DNA of 64,000 nt from Mobula hypostoma (GCF_963921235.1 NC_086097.1:3906001-3970000); one strand, 5' to 3'. Positions 50,662-63,339 are shown, counted from the stretch's first letter. The notes: generated by a model not told the origin, from the sequence alone. Made by a program: numbers and translations.

Positions 50662-51641
50662 CTGAAAATAAAACTTTATGTTCAGCTTACTTTTCATAGA
50701 ACTTCAGATTTCAATTCAGTTTAGATAACACTTTTCTCCTGAAAATAAACTTATTTGTGGTTGCAATATGATTAACATTGAAAGATGATGGACCACACTT
50801 GGATAAGCAGGTGATAAGAGATTCAGGCATCCATTTTACACCAACCCTACCCTAACCCATTCTATTCTCCAACATCAGCTCTCCGCAGAATCTATAACCC
50901 ACTGCGCAATTTACAGGTTATAAACACACGATTCTACAGATGCTGGAGAAACTCAGCAGCCCAGGCAGCACCTATCAAAATGAATAAACAGTCAATGTTT
51001 TGGGCCCAGATAGATGCTGCCTGACCTACTGAATTCCCCTAGTATTTTTTGTGTTCCAAGTGATAAGAGAATAATGGTTAAATATTAAGAAATAAACTTT
51101 AACATTTTAAGTACTATATTTCAGCTTCATGTGTATCAATGGTTATTTCACATTGTATGTTCAATGTTAAATATTAACTGTACAACTTTTTCCTCACTTT
51201 GAGCGAGAATCATGGATGGAACTAGTGTGCTTGATAACATTGTCAGCAGAGAACTTCTCAAACAGGAATGTCTGGATTTGTCTACAAGTATGAACATCCC
51301 AGCGCGTTTAGCAACCTGTTATTTATAAAATGCTGACACAGTAGCCACAATACTGTAGCGGTTAGCACAATGCTATTACAGCTTGTGGTGGTGGAATTTG
51401 GTGTTCAATTCCGGTGCCGGCTGTATGTTCTCCCTATGAACCCTGTGGGTTTTCGCCAGGTGCTCTGGTTTCATCCCACATTCCAAAGACCTACCGGGGG
51501 GTAGGTTAATTGGTCATTGCAAACTGCCCTGTGATTAGGGTAGTGTTAGTTAGGTTGGTTGCTGGTGGTGCGACTCATTTGGCTGGACGGGCCTGTTCAA
51601 TGCTATATCTCTATATAAACAAATACAAAATTATTACTTAC

Positions 51642-51771
51642 CCATTAGGACATTATCCTCCAAATCCACATCCAGTGCTTCGGCAGCTTGCTGAAACCAG
51701 CTGTTATGTTGTTGTGCTTTATTGTGCTGATATTCCATCTTCTCTATCCTTCTAGCTATGTTAACACGTAC
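51642..51771 (-). CDS. DDX24: DDX24 penultimate exon (VRVNIARRIEKMEY...NSWFQQAAEALDVDLEDNVLM)
   Basis: Minus strand: cctttccag|GTA ... ATG G|gtaagt; 130 nt. Confidence 0.92.
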
Positions 51772-51934
51772 CTGGAAAGGACAAAGCAGATACACATTGG
51801 CCATATCCTATTTAAATGTCTACTAAGCATTTTAAAGTTCAAAAATTGAATACTAAAAACAGAGGTACACTGAAAAAGCATAAGTTGTTTAACTCCTCCA
51901 TTATTCATAGAGATTACGGCTGATCACTTCCAAA

Positions 51935-52470
51935 ATGCACATTACAGGCCCTTCAGACCACAATGTTGTACCGACCATGTAACCTACTCTAGAAACTGCC
52001 TAGAATTTCCCTAGCGCATAGCCATCTATTTTTCTAAGCTCCATGTACCTATCTAAGACTCTGTTGGATCTGCTGCCAGCAGTGCAGCCGCCACTCTCTG
52101 TGTGGGGAAAAACTGGCTCTTGACATGCCCTCGGTACCCATTTCCAAGCACCTTAAAACTATGCCCCCTTGTGTTAGCCATTTCAGCCTTGGGGAAAAGC
52201 CTCTGGCTATCCACATGAACCATGCCTCTCATCATCTTATACACCTCTATCAGGTCACCTCTCATTCTCCATCACTTCAAGGAGAAAAAGCTAAGTACAC
52301 TCAACCTATTCTCATAAGGTACACCTTCCAACCCAGGCAACATCATTGTTAATCTCCTGTGCACTCTATAGTATCCACATCCTTCCTGTGGTGAGGTGAC
52401 CAGAACTGAGCACAGTATTCCAACTGTGGGATTGAGTTCAAGAGCCATGAGGTAATGTTACAGATATACA
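51935..52470 (-). mobile_element. CR1 3' end
   Basis: MRGDLIEVYKMMRG...RLFP.AE...TRGH. Confidence 0.75.
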
Positions 52471-52474
52471 AGCC

Positions 52475-52992
52475 ACACTCAGGTTGGAGGAACAACACCT
52501 TATATTCCATCTGGGTAGCCTCCAACCTGATGGCATGAACACTGATTTCTCTAACTTCTGTTAATGCCCCTCCTCCCCTTCTTACCTCATCCCATATTTA
52601 TTTATTTTTACCCCCCCCCCTTCTCCTCTCTCTGCCCCTCTCACAATCACTGCTTGTCTGCTCTCCATGTTCTTCTGGGCTCCCCTCCCCCTTTCTTTCT
52701 CCCTAGGCCTCCCGTCCCATGATCCTCCCCTTCTCCAGTCTTGTATCCCTTTTGCCAATCAACTTTCCAGCTCTTAGCTCCATCCCTCCCCCCCGATCAT
52801 TTCTGATCTCCCCCTCCCCCTCCCACTTTCAAATCTCTTACTACCTCTTCTTTCAGTTAGTCCTGACGAAGGGTCTCAGCCTGAAACGTCGACTGTACCT
52901 CTTCCTATAGATGCTGCCTGGCCTGCTGCGTTCCACCAGCATTTTGTGTGTGTTGCTTGAATTTCCAGCATCTGCAGATTTCCTCATGTTTG
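52475..52992 (+). mobile_element. Penelope-like 3' fragment (GIY-YIG end + pLTR)
   Basis: Same structure as 36244-36750. Confidence 0.8.
52859..52894 (+). ncRNA. Minimal type I hammerhead ribozyme motif (intact core)
   Basis: AGUC CUGACGA AGGGUCUCAGCCU GAAAC GUC GACU: stem I AGUC/GACU, conserved CUGANGA and GAAA boxes, GUC cleavage triplet, ACGU palindrome in place of stem III. Confidence 0.72.
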
Positions 52993-55029
52993 TATCTAAC
53001 TGAAGATTCACTGTTATGGTGAAGAAACCTCAACAATCTGTTCACTAAGTAAACCTGACTAGAGCTGTTCCATCCTCCTACATCATCATCTTGAATGCTG
53101 TGGAGATTGTTTAATAAGCCATTAGAAGCATAGACCAGGATAATTAAAATTGTTTACAATATCTTTACCCAGTTCCATTTGTTTCTTTTGGAATTACTGC
53201 TTTTTCATGTACTATTCGAGGACGTGGGTAGGAGTTACTGAACCACAGCTGCTTTAGATGCAACAGCCCTCATAATATCCAATTCAATTCTTCCACTTTA
53301 ACCATTCTCAAATTATACAAATTGCTTTCAAACAGCTTGTATTTTCAAAGGTGAGTCTCAAATTATTTACAGAGAGCTAACATATTAATGAAAAGTTAGA
53401 AACTGTAGTGGCATTGCTTCATCCTCTCAAGAAGAACTCCTGTTCTTGCTATTTGATTGTTTGGACATTTACAATACGGGGTGGGGACCAGAATCAGGTC
53501 TAATATCAATGGCATATGTTATGAAATTGCTGTTTTGCAGTACAACAGTATAATTTAAAAAAACTATACATTACAATAAGAAATATACATATTTGAAGAT
53601 TAAATAAGTTGTACAAAAGGGAGCAAAAATAGTAAGGCAGTGTAAATGTGTTTGTTGTCCATTCAGAAATCTGATTGTGGAGTGGAAGAAGCTGTTCCTA
53701 AACTTTTGAGTGTGTGTCTTCAGGCTCCTGTACCTCCTCCCTGATGGTAGTAATGAGAAGAGGGTATGCCCTAGCTGATGGGAGTCCTTAATGACAGATG
53801 CTGCCTTGTTGAGGCACAGTTGGTACGTGGGTACATGTTCGTAGCACCCTGAAGATAGTGACACAGGTGAATGGGATATTGAGAAGGGCATTTGTTACAC
53901 TTGCCTTCATAGGCTGAAGCGCTGAGTATCAGTCAGGATGTCAGGACGAAGTTGTACAAAGCACTGGTTGTTGGGTCACACATGGAATAATTCTGGTCAC
54001 CACCACACGAGATGGATGTGGTAGCGAGAGAAAGAATGCATAAGAGATTCACCAGGTTTTCGTGATACATCAAGGGCTTTACTTGTAAGGAAAGATTGGA
54101 TTTAGAATGTACGAAACTCAGTGGCAAATTTAAAGAATTCTATAAGATAGAATAGAATAGGCAGCCACGAAACAAGGAAACACCATGAATGGAACCCATT
54201 CAAGAAAACATCAAATACCCAATGTACAAAAAAACCAAATCGCACGAACGGCAAAAAATGAGAGGGAGAGAGACTTCAATTTAAAGATCTGAGGAGCAAG
54301 TTTTTCCATACGTGGTACAGATGTGGAATGAGCTGCCAGAGGAAATGGGTAGACGTAGACCTGTAACAGTTAAGAGGAAATTGGACAGGGTAAGGATTAT
54401 AGGAGGGCAAGCCTAATGAGATTAGTATACATAGGCACAACGGGCGAGTTGGGCCCACGGTCCAGTTTCTGATTCTTTCATTAAATTTGCTGTCACATTC
54501 CACCATGTCCTCTCTAAAGCCACAGCTTCCCACCATTGTGTTAAGAATTCCTTCTCTCAGCCTGCTTTCCATTGTTACTCTGACACTGTTAGATCCGTTG
54601 TGATCAATTATAACTTTACACACCAATGCCACGTCAATGTCTTTCCAGTACCATTGAAAGGGCTTTCAATTATACAATTTTTTTCATTTGCTGTCATCTT
54701 ATTTTCCTCCCCTTAACCTGTAAATTTCCTTGTAAAATCCATCACCTTTGTAATTTTTCCCAACTTCATGTGGTCATCAACAGGCACATCTTCCCACTCC
54801 TCCTGTGAGCACTGTACAAGGAGTGAAGTTCCCTCCACGGCTCCCTGGTTCACCCTCCATATACACCACCCAATCACTCCCCATGCTAAACAAGAGTTGG
54901 AACACTGTGGCCTCCACCTAATCAGAGACTGTTCCTCTCTCTTTATACTTAGTATTTTTATTACTATTGTGTTCCTTAATTGTTTTTTTTGTGCTGGATC
55001 ACTTTCTGGAGTAACAATTATTCCTGACA

Positions 55030-55895
55030 GGTCACCAGCAGGTGGAAGACTGGGCTCCCTCACCTCTGCCCCTCAGGGTTGTGTCCTAAGCCCTCTCCTT
55101 TACTCTCTGTATACCATGACTGTGTCGCCACCCACAGCTCCAATCTGCTAATTAAATTTGCAGATGATACACTGGCCTGTTCTCAATAACGAGGCAGCCT
55201 ACAGAGAAGAAGTCATCACCCTGACACAGTGGTGTCAAGAAAACAACCTCTCTTGTCGCATAAACAAAGGAGCTGGTTGTGGAGACAGGCTAACCCCTAT
55301 GGACATCAATGGATCTGGGGTTGAGAGGGTGAACAGCTTTAAGTTCCTCGGCATAAAGATCACTGAGAATCTCACATGGTCTGTAAACACCAGCTGTGTG
55401 GTGAAAAAGCACAACAGCGCCTCTTTCACCTCAGATAGTTGAGGAAGTTTGGTATGAGCCCATAAATCCTACTGACTTTCTACAGGGGCACAATTGAGAA
55501 CATCCTGACTGGCTGCATCACTGCCTGGTATGGGAAATGTACCTCACTTAATCGCAGGATTCTGCAGAGTGGTGTGGACAGCCCAGCGGATCTGTAGATG
55601 AACTTCCCACTATTCAGGACATTTACAGAGACAGGTGTGTAAAAACTGTTCCAGCTGCTACCATCCAGGAAACGTTACCACAGCATTAAAGCCGGTACCA
55701 ACAGGCACCAGGCCATCAGACTGATTAGTTCACGCTGATACAATTGTATTTCTGTTATATTGACTGTCCCGTTGTACATACTATTTATTATAAATTACTA
55801 CAAATTGCACATTGTACATTCGGATGGAGATGTAACAAAGATTTTTACTCTTTGTGTGTGTGAAGGATGTAAGAAATAAAGTCAATTCAATTCAA
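55030..55895 (+). mobile_element. Rex/Babar LINE RT + 3' end
   Basis: PQGCVLSPLLYSLYT, LIKFADD, FKFLGI.I...LTW, (ttcaa)n tail. Confidence 0.85.
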
Positions 55896-55984
55896 TTATT
55901 TCTCCTTTACACTTGTGTACCGGAAATGACATTAAACAATCTTGAATCTTCACAACATTTTCCTTTACCACAATTCATGGATAT

Positions 55985-58512
55985 CCATAAGACCATTAGA
56001 CATGGGAACAGAATTAGGCCATTCAGCCCGAGTGTCCTCTGTCATTCTATCATTGCTGATCCTGGATCCCAGTCAACCACATACAACTGCCTTCTTGCCA
56101 TATCCTTTGATGCCCTGACAGATCAGGGAATAATCAACTTCCGCCTTACATATATGGACGGATTTGGCCTCCAGTGCAGTCTGCAGCAGAACATTCCATA
56201 ATTAGTACCCTCTGGCTAAAAAAAAATTCATCCTTACCTCCGTTCTAAAAGGTTGCCCCTCAATTTTAAGGCTGTGCCCTCTAGTTCTGAATACCCCCAC
56301 CATAGAATTAGTCCTCCCCATATCCAACCTATCTAGTCCTTTCAACATTCGGCAGGTTTCAATGAGATTCTCCCCCACCAGCAGCCAAGCAGCAAAGGCC
56401 ACTTTTATTCCCACTCGCTGGCTCCTGCCTCAGCCATTCCGCTATCCATGCCAGTATCTTTCCTGCAATGCTATATGATTTTATCTTGTTAAGTAGCCTC
56501 ATGTGTGGCACCTGATCAAACCTCTTCTGAAAATCCAAGTAAATGACATCCATTGCATCTCCCTTGTCCACCCTGCTTGTTACTTCCTCGAAATAACAGA
56601 TTTGGCAGCCAAGATTTCCCTTTACAGAAACCATGCTGACTTTGACTTATTTTATCATTAGTCTAAAGTACCCCAAAACCTCATCCTTGATAAAAGACTC
56701 CAACACTTTCCCAACCATGTTTAGGCTAACTTGGCCTATAACTTCCTTTGTTTTGCCTTCCTCGTATCTTAAAGAGTGGAGTGACATTTGCAAACTTCCA
56801 GTCCTCCAGGACCATGTCAGAATCAAATGATTCCTGAAAGATCATGACCAATGTATCCATTATCTTTTCAGCAACCTCTCTCAGGACTCTGGGATGTAGT
56901 CCATCTGGCCCAGCTGACTTAACCATCTTTAGACCTTTGAGTTTGCCTAGCACTTTTTCCTTTGTAATAGCAACAGCACTCACTCCTGCTCTCTGACACT
57001 CACAGACCTCTGGCACACTGCTAGTGTCTTCCACAGTGAAGATAGATGCACAGTACCCATTAAGTTCATCTGCCATTTTTTACTACCCATTACTACCTCA
57101 GCAACATCATTTTCCAGTAGTCCAATGTCAACTCTCAACTCCCTTTTACTCTTTATATAACCGAAAAAATTTTTGGTATCCTGTTTTATATTATATGCTA
57201 GTCTGCCCTCATATTTCACATTTTCCTTTCTTAAAGATTTTTTAGTTGCCTTTTGCTGGATATTAAAAGCTTCCCAAGCATCCAGTACAGTTCTGGTCAT
57301 CGAATTATAGGAAAGATGTCAACAAAATTGAGAGAGTACAGAGAAGATGTTACCTGGGTTTCATAGAAACATAGAAAATAGGTGCAGGAGTAGGCCATTC
57401 GGCCCTTCGAGCCTGCACCACCATTTATTATGATCATGGCTGAAAGGTTGAACAAGTTGGGTCTTTATTCTTTGGAGTGTAGAAGGTTGAGGGGGGACTT
57501 GATAGAGGTATTTAAAATTATGAGGGGGATAGACAGAGTTGACGTGGATAGGCTTTTTCCATTGAGCGTGGAAGAGATTCAAACAAGAGGACATGAGTTG
57601 AGAGTTAAAGGGCAAAAGTTTAAGGGTAACATGAGGGGGAACTTCTTTACTCGGAGAGTGGTAGCTGTGTGGAACGAGCTTCCAGCAGAAGTGGTTGAGG
57701 CAGGTTCGATGTTGTCATTTAAAGTTAAATTGGATAGCTATATGGACAGGAAAGGAATGGAGGGTTATGGGCTGAGTGCAGGTCGGTGGGACTAGGATAG
57801 GGTAAGAGTTCGGCAAGGACTAGAAGGGCCGAGATGGTCTGTTTCCGTGCTGTAATTGTTATATGGTTATATCCACCTTCCCACTCATTTTTGCTATCTT
57901 ATATCCCCTTTCCTTGGCATTTATAACCACATAACCATGTAACAATTGCATTTTGGTAAAAGGAACAATAGTGTGGACTACTATCTAAATAGAAGAAGGT
58001 TCAAACATCAGAGGTGCAGAGGGACTCATGCAAGACTCCCAGAAGGTTAATTTACAGATTGAGTCTGTGGTAAAGAAGGCAAATACAATGTTGGTATTTA
58101 TTTCAAGGGGAATAGAATACAAAAGAAAGGAGTCAGGCTGCACTTGATGAGTGAACTAGATAGGGTGGACGTGGATAGGATGTTTCCTATGGTGGGGATA
58201 CCCAAAACTGGAGGGCATAACCTCACAATTGAAGGGCAACCTTTTAAAACACAGGTAAGGAGGAATTTTTTTAGCCAGTGAGTAGTGAATCTGTGGAATG
58301 CTCTGCCACAGACTGTGGTGAAGGCCAAGCCTGTGGAAATAGTTAAGGCGGAAGTTGATTATTTCCTGATTGGTCAGGGCATCAAAGTATACGGTGAGAA
58401 GGCAGGTGTATGGTATTCAGTGGGATCCGGGATCAGCCATGATGGAATGGTGGAGCAGACTCGATGGGCTGAATGGCCTAATTCTGCTCCCATGTCTTAT
58501 TGTCTTATGGTA
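55985..58512. mobile_element. Nest of CR1 fragments in both orientations
   Basis: YLDFQK.FD.VPH and GPDGLHPRVL (-); LGLYSLECRRLRGDLIE (+); several CR1 tails. Confidence 0.85.
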
Positions 58513-58887
58513 CAGGCAATCCTATCCCTGGCATAACTTTATGGACATGCAATCAATGTATAGAAGCTGTCTTATATTTTTATAGTTATTATGCCTTATT
58601 TTATTATTCTGTTTTTCATCTTATTGTGATTTTCTGTGCTACATCTGATCGAGAGTAACTATTTTGTTCTGCTTTACACTTGTGTACTGGAAATGACATT
58701 AAAAAATCTGAAGTCACATTCTGGCATGAGTAAAGAATCTGAAGGTTAGAAAGTGAATATTAACCAGCCTCTTTCGTTAGCCTCAAAGAAATACTGCAAA
58801 GATCATAAATTAAAGGAAATCTTTGTAGAATTCAGACAATACGCATGATATTCTTAAAAATGCAGTAGACCATTTGGTTACACTAAT

Positions 58888-59107
58888 AACAACAGGAATT
58901 CTGCAGATGTTGGAAATTCAAGCAACACACATCAAAGTTGCTGGTGAACGCAGCAGGCCAAGCAGCATCTGTAGGAAGAGGTGCAGTGGACGTTTCAGGC
59001 CGAGACCCTTCGTTAGTCCTGACGAAGGGTCTCGGCCTGAAACGTCCACTGCACCTCTTCCTACAGATGCTGCTTGGCCTGCTGCGTTCACCAGCAACTT
59101 TGATTTG
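58888..59107. mobile_element. Palindromic mini-Penelope with a 14-bp TSD; hammerhead motif at 59015-59050 (+)
   Basis: Inverted arms; TSD TTGGTTACACTAAT at 58874-58887 and 59108-59121. Confidence 0.85.
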
Positions 59108-59964
59108 TTGGTTACACTAATGTCATGATGTAATTTGCTCAATTCAAATCTCAACGCAGAAAGTTGTGAAACTGCTTTCAATAAATCAGCTAAATGGTGG
59201 GGTTGCAGAAAGGAGAGCAATCATGGAAGCCACAGTGTTATGGCAGAAGTTCAGAAAGGGGCAGACATGTGGCTTTTATATTAACATACAATATATAGTA
59301 CTGAAGGAAGTACTTATTTTAGGCATTTAATAATGAAGTTCTACTGTTAACCAAGCAAGTTCTGTTTTGTTTGGTTGTATTCTTGTACGCTTGAATGATA
59401 ACTAAACTTGAACTTGAGGATCTTTTACTGAGTTTTGAAATTAATGCACAGTATTCCTCAGTATGCTTTTCACCCTGATATTTTTTGAGAAAATTTACAA
59501 GGATGCTGCCAGGACTTGAGGACCTGAGTTATAGGTAAAGACTTTCATTCCACAGAAAGAAGAAAAATGAGAGGAGATTTTACGGATGTATACAAAAGTA
59601 TGAGGAGTGTAGTAATTGCAAGCTGTCTTTTTCCACTTAGTCTGGGTGAGACTAGGACTAGAGGTCATGGGTTAGGGATAAAATGGGAAACATTTAAGGG
59701 GAAAATGAGGTGGTGAGAATGTGGAACAAGCTGCTAGTTTAAGTAGTAGATGCAACTTCGAGTTCAACATTTAAAAGAAATTTGGATAGGTACATGGATG
59801 GGAGTGGTATGGAGGGCTATGGTCTGGGTGAAGGTTGATAGGACATGGCCAATTAATAGTTTGGCATGGACTAGATGGGCTGAGATGCCTGTTCCTGTGC
59901 TATAATGTTTTACAACTCTTTGACGTGGTGCAAAAGCTGGTAAGTGAAAATTTATGATATTTAC

Positions 59965-60153
59965 CTGAATTGCAGACATACATTTAGCTTGCACTGGAAA
60001 CAGTGGGACATTTTCATCTTTGCCCAAAGCTTTGCATATCTTCTTAAAATGAACCATGTCCCCTGGCCCAACCAACATCAAAGCAAGGCCTGCTTTTGTG
60101 GCTCGAGCTGTTCTGCCACTCCTGTGAACGTAGATCTCAGTGGTGCGTGGCAT
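59965..60153 (-). CDS. DDX24: DDX24 exon, motif VI (MPRTTEIYVHRSGRTARA...LFPVQAKCMSAIQ)
   Basis: Minus strand: ccctacag|ATG ... CAG|gtaaat; 189 nt, phase 0/0. Confidence 0.95.
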
Positions 60154-60284
60154 CTGTAGGGAAACCACACAAACGTTAATGAAGTTTAACTGAATGTAGG
60201 TAGTGTCAAGCTTATAGAAAAGACAAATCGGAAAACTGGATTGATAATATTAAAATGAATGATTAAAGATTAAAATTTAGAGAG

Positions 60285-61501
60285 CTAGACAACGGGATGA
60301 CCCATTGGGGCACCCTTTGAGAGAAAGGTGATGTGACCAGAATCAATATTCAATTTTCCTGAATGCTATTGGCATCACTTTGCTTTGGAAACTGAAGTAG
60401 AAAACCTCAGTTTATTAAAGAAGAACGACGCGTAGCAAAGCAAATATAGCTGCTCATTTAATGAAGGACACCTTTGATGGCATCATTTCTGGTTTATCTG
60501 CCACCCTTGTGCCTCTCGTTGTCATTCTGGAGACGTGCAGTCCTTTCATTCCCCATCTCTTCATCTTTTCTGCTGTGTGTTCTTTGTCTCTGATCCTGGA
60601 GAGGTGAATTTCTCAGCTCCTTTGTCTCTTCCTCTCTGCTCCTCCTGTGCCTGTTCTTGTCATGCTGGAGATGTGCAGCCCTTTCATCCCCCGTCTCTTC
60701 AGCTCTTCTGCTGTTTGTTGTTTGTCTCTGATCCTGGAGACGTGCATGCCTCTCCTCCTCTGTCTCTTCTTCTCTCATCTTTTTTTGTCCTGACTCTTTG
60801 ATCCTGGAGTCTTGCGGCCCTGGCTTCATCCGATTCTTGTTCTCTCCCTCTCCTTGCCGCTTCCCAACAATATTTGGCGTCATCTCTTGACCATAATGTC
60901 CCCCTTCCCTTTCCACGCGGCATAATTAGGCTAACCATTTTTTTTTACCCTAATGCTGGGTAGGAGATACGAAGCACTAACACCAAAGGATGCTGATTAT
61001 TCTTGATGATGTGGTTGGCGCTCTCCTAAATGGACGTGATATAGTCACCGCTGTCCTTTGACTGCTGCAAAGGGTTTGATGGGTGTCTCGAAGTACGTCA
61101 TTACAATAAGATTTAATTATCTGTTATTGACGGGTGGCAGTTAGATCTGTCCCAATCCTGCACATGCTGATGGTGATCAGCAGAGTGTGACCCCTCGAAA
61201 TAGAGCTGTCCTGCCCTTTTGCTCCGGTAGGTGTTGCTGCTGAGGCTGGCCGTGCGCATGCGTCGGGCTGTCACGGTCCTGATTTCCATGATGGCAGATC
61301 GGCTCTCGGGTCAAAGCGAGCTTGTTGATTTTGGTGAATGAGCAATTTTATACGAATATATAACCCTGAACTTTGTCTGCATTCTGTAAGTTAGCGCATT
61401 ATAATTTGATTTAGCCAAAAAAAAGTGCCACTGTAATGCACCGTTTGCGCTAATTGAAGGTCACAAACAGACAGAGCATGAGAGTTTTAGTAGTATATAG
61501 A
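60285..61501 (-). mobile_element. Non-autonomous Helitron (about 1.2 kb) with an STPR-like repeat ORF
   Basis: The minus strand begins a|TCTATATACTACTAAAA followed by a ctgtctgtttgt microsatellite, and ends with hairpin CAATGGG-tcat-CCCGTTG then CTAG. No TSD. Confidence 0.78.
60494..60923 (-). pseudogene. Helitron N-terminal ORF, about 142 aa, five 23-aa STPR-like repeats, one frameshift in an A7 run
   Basis: MPRGKGRG...ESDEARAARLQDQRVRTKK / ETEEERHARLQDQRQTTNSRRAE / ETGDERAAHLQHDKNRHRRSREE / ETKELRNSPLQDQRQRTHSRKDE / EMGNERTARLQNDNERHK; the frame changes at 60780-60786. Confidence 0.7.
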
Positions 61502-62481
61502 TATAAATGTGTAAAAACAGTGATATTTAATCTGTTTTGACAAAGATAATTTGAGCCTTAGTCTTACAGAAAGTGCCACCAAGAATTAATAATGGAAAAC
61601 AAGCATTTTGCATCAATCCAGTCTATTGAAGATACAAACAACAGCCCAGAAATAGCTGTAAACCAGGAACTGAAAGAAAGCAAAGAACTGCCAAGATAAA
61701 ATGACAAGAAATTTGGATTAGTACATGGATGACAGGGGAATGGAGGGCTATGGTCCAGGTGCAGGTCGATGGGACTAGACAGAATAATAGTTCAGCAAGT
61801 ACTAGATGGGCCAAAAAGCCTATTTCTGTACTGTAGTGTTGAATAACTCTAACTTTGGAGAATAGGAAACTGGTATAGTGCAATGCCGTGATTGTTCTTG
61901 CAAGTAAGGAATTCAAACATACATTGTTTGCCAAATGGTTAATATCCATAATTGGTGAGACGATTCTGTATAAAATGGCATTTCTCTGTCCAGACTTCAG
62001 AATAATGTGTGACAGGGCCATGGTGTTCTCCTTATGCACAAGTAAAATAAGGTGTGGTTAAGTCATAAGAGTGCATTCGTTCTGGGTGGTTATTTTATTT
62101 TACTTTTATTATCGACGACAAGGGGTCATAATAAGATGGATAAGGAGAGATTATTTTCGCTTGTGGGAAAATCTAGAAATGAGGGTAGGGTCACTGTTAT
62201 AAATGAGAATTGTTCTTTCAAAAAAACAGATTGTGATTTTTTTTCTTCTACAAGTTCCAAGTACTTAGAGCACTCTTCTTTATATGGAAGCAAAGTTTTC
62301 AAATACTTTTATGGCAGTGGTAAACAAACCTATAATGTTTATTCCTTTTGCTAATTTGTACATGAAATGCTGAAAGGAGTTTGCACAAGAATTGAGTCTA
62401 TTCTCTGATGTGCTAGGGTTTTTCTTAGGGAGATTTTAAAAGGACACATCACCAGGTTCAGATTTTACTATTGAAACCTAC

Positions 62482-62557
62482 CTGATAATGAATAACATGC
62501 TGTACATTTGGAATGTCCAGACCTCGAGCTGCAACGTCAGTGGTCAATAAAACACAG
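62482..62557 (-). CDS. DDX24: DDX24 exon, motif V (CVLLTTDVAARGLDIPNVQHVIHYQ)
   Basis: Minus strand: gtatttcag|C TGT ... CAG|gtaggt; 76 nt. Confidence 0.93.
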
Positions 62558-62679
62558 CTGAAATACAATGAGACAAATATACATTGAGTGGTCAGTAATG
62601 AAAATAATGAGCAGGCAGCTTCAAGTTCCTAGGTCAACATCCCACAGGATCTGCCCTGGGCCCAAAACTCCAATGCAAT

Positions 62680-63155
62680 CATGAGGAAGGCATTCCAGAG
62701 GCTCTACTCATTAGGAGTTTGAGGAGGTTTGGAATGTTAACAAAGACTTACAAACTTTTATATATGTACAGTAGAGAGCATTTTGACTGCTTGTTATAGA
62801 GCCTACAACGCATGAGATGGCAAGAAGCTGCAGACTGTTATGGAGTCAGCCAGCTCCATCATAAGCACAACCCTCCACAACATCAAGGACATATTCAAGA
62901 GGTGGTTACTCAAGAAAGTAGCATCCATCATTAAATACCCTCACCATTTGGAACATGCCCTCTTCATTTTACTATCATGAGGGAGGAGGTACAGGAGCCC
63001 GAAGACCCACACAATAATTTAGAAACAACTTTTTCCCTTACCCCATCAGATTTCTGAGTGGTCCACGAACACCCATTATTCCTTTTTTGTATGATTTATA
63101 TTTTGCAATTTATATATTTTTATTAGATGTCGCCCAACCTTTGCTGCTGTTGTAC
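62680..63155 (+). mobile_element. Decayed Rex/Babar 3' end
   Basis: RRFGM...L..FY.CTVESILT, KVASIIK.PHH..HALF.LL. Confidence 0.65.
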
Positions 63156-63339
63156 AAAGACAATCCTCCACCAAAGCTTGGAATCCATCCCCCTGCTGCC
63201 GGAGACTTCAGTGATTTTAGGTGACATCACCACCATTGGTCTGGTTATTTCTCTGGCGTCAAACTTTCGCCATTGACTGAGCTCCTTCAGCGAGACAGGG
63301 CTCACCCGGACCTAAGCCTTACATGAAGGCGGAGTTGTC

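Larger units (their letters stand above)
50444..62557 (-). other. DDX24: DEAD-box RNA helicase DDX24, 3' part (last four coding exons; 5' exons lie beyond the window)
   Basis: Four minus-strand exons join in frame and give helicase motifs V (TDVAARGLDIP) and VI (HRSGRTAR), plus the DDX24-type tail (NSW..QAA.AL, KKELKHLLSQP, KTKYPT). Confidence 0.92.

Noticed and set aside
53173..53349. Possible + strand exon (cccag| ... aag|gtgagt) in a DDX24 intron
   Set aside because: Stops in all three frames and no recognisable homology.
50662..62481. Intronic snoRNAs in DDX24
   Set aside because: No convincing C/D or H/ACA box pair with terminal stems was seen.
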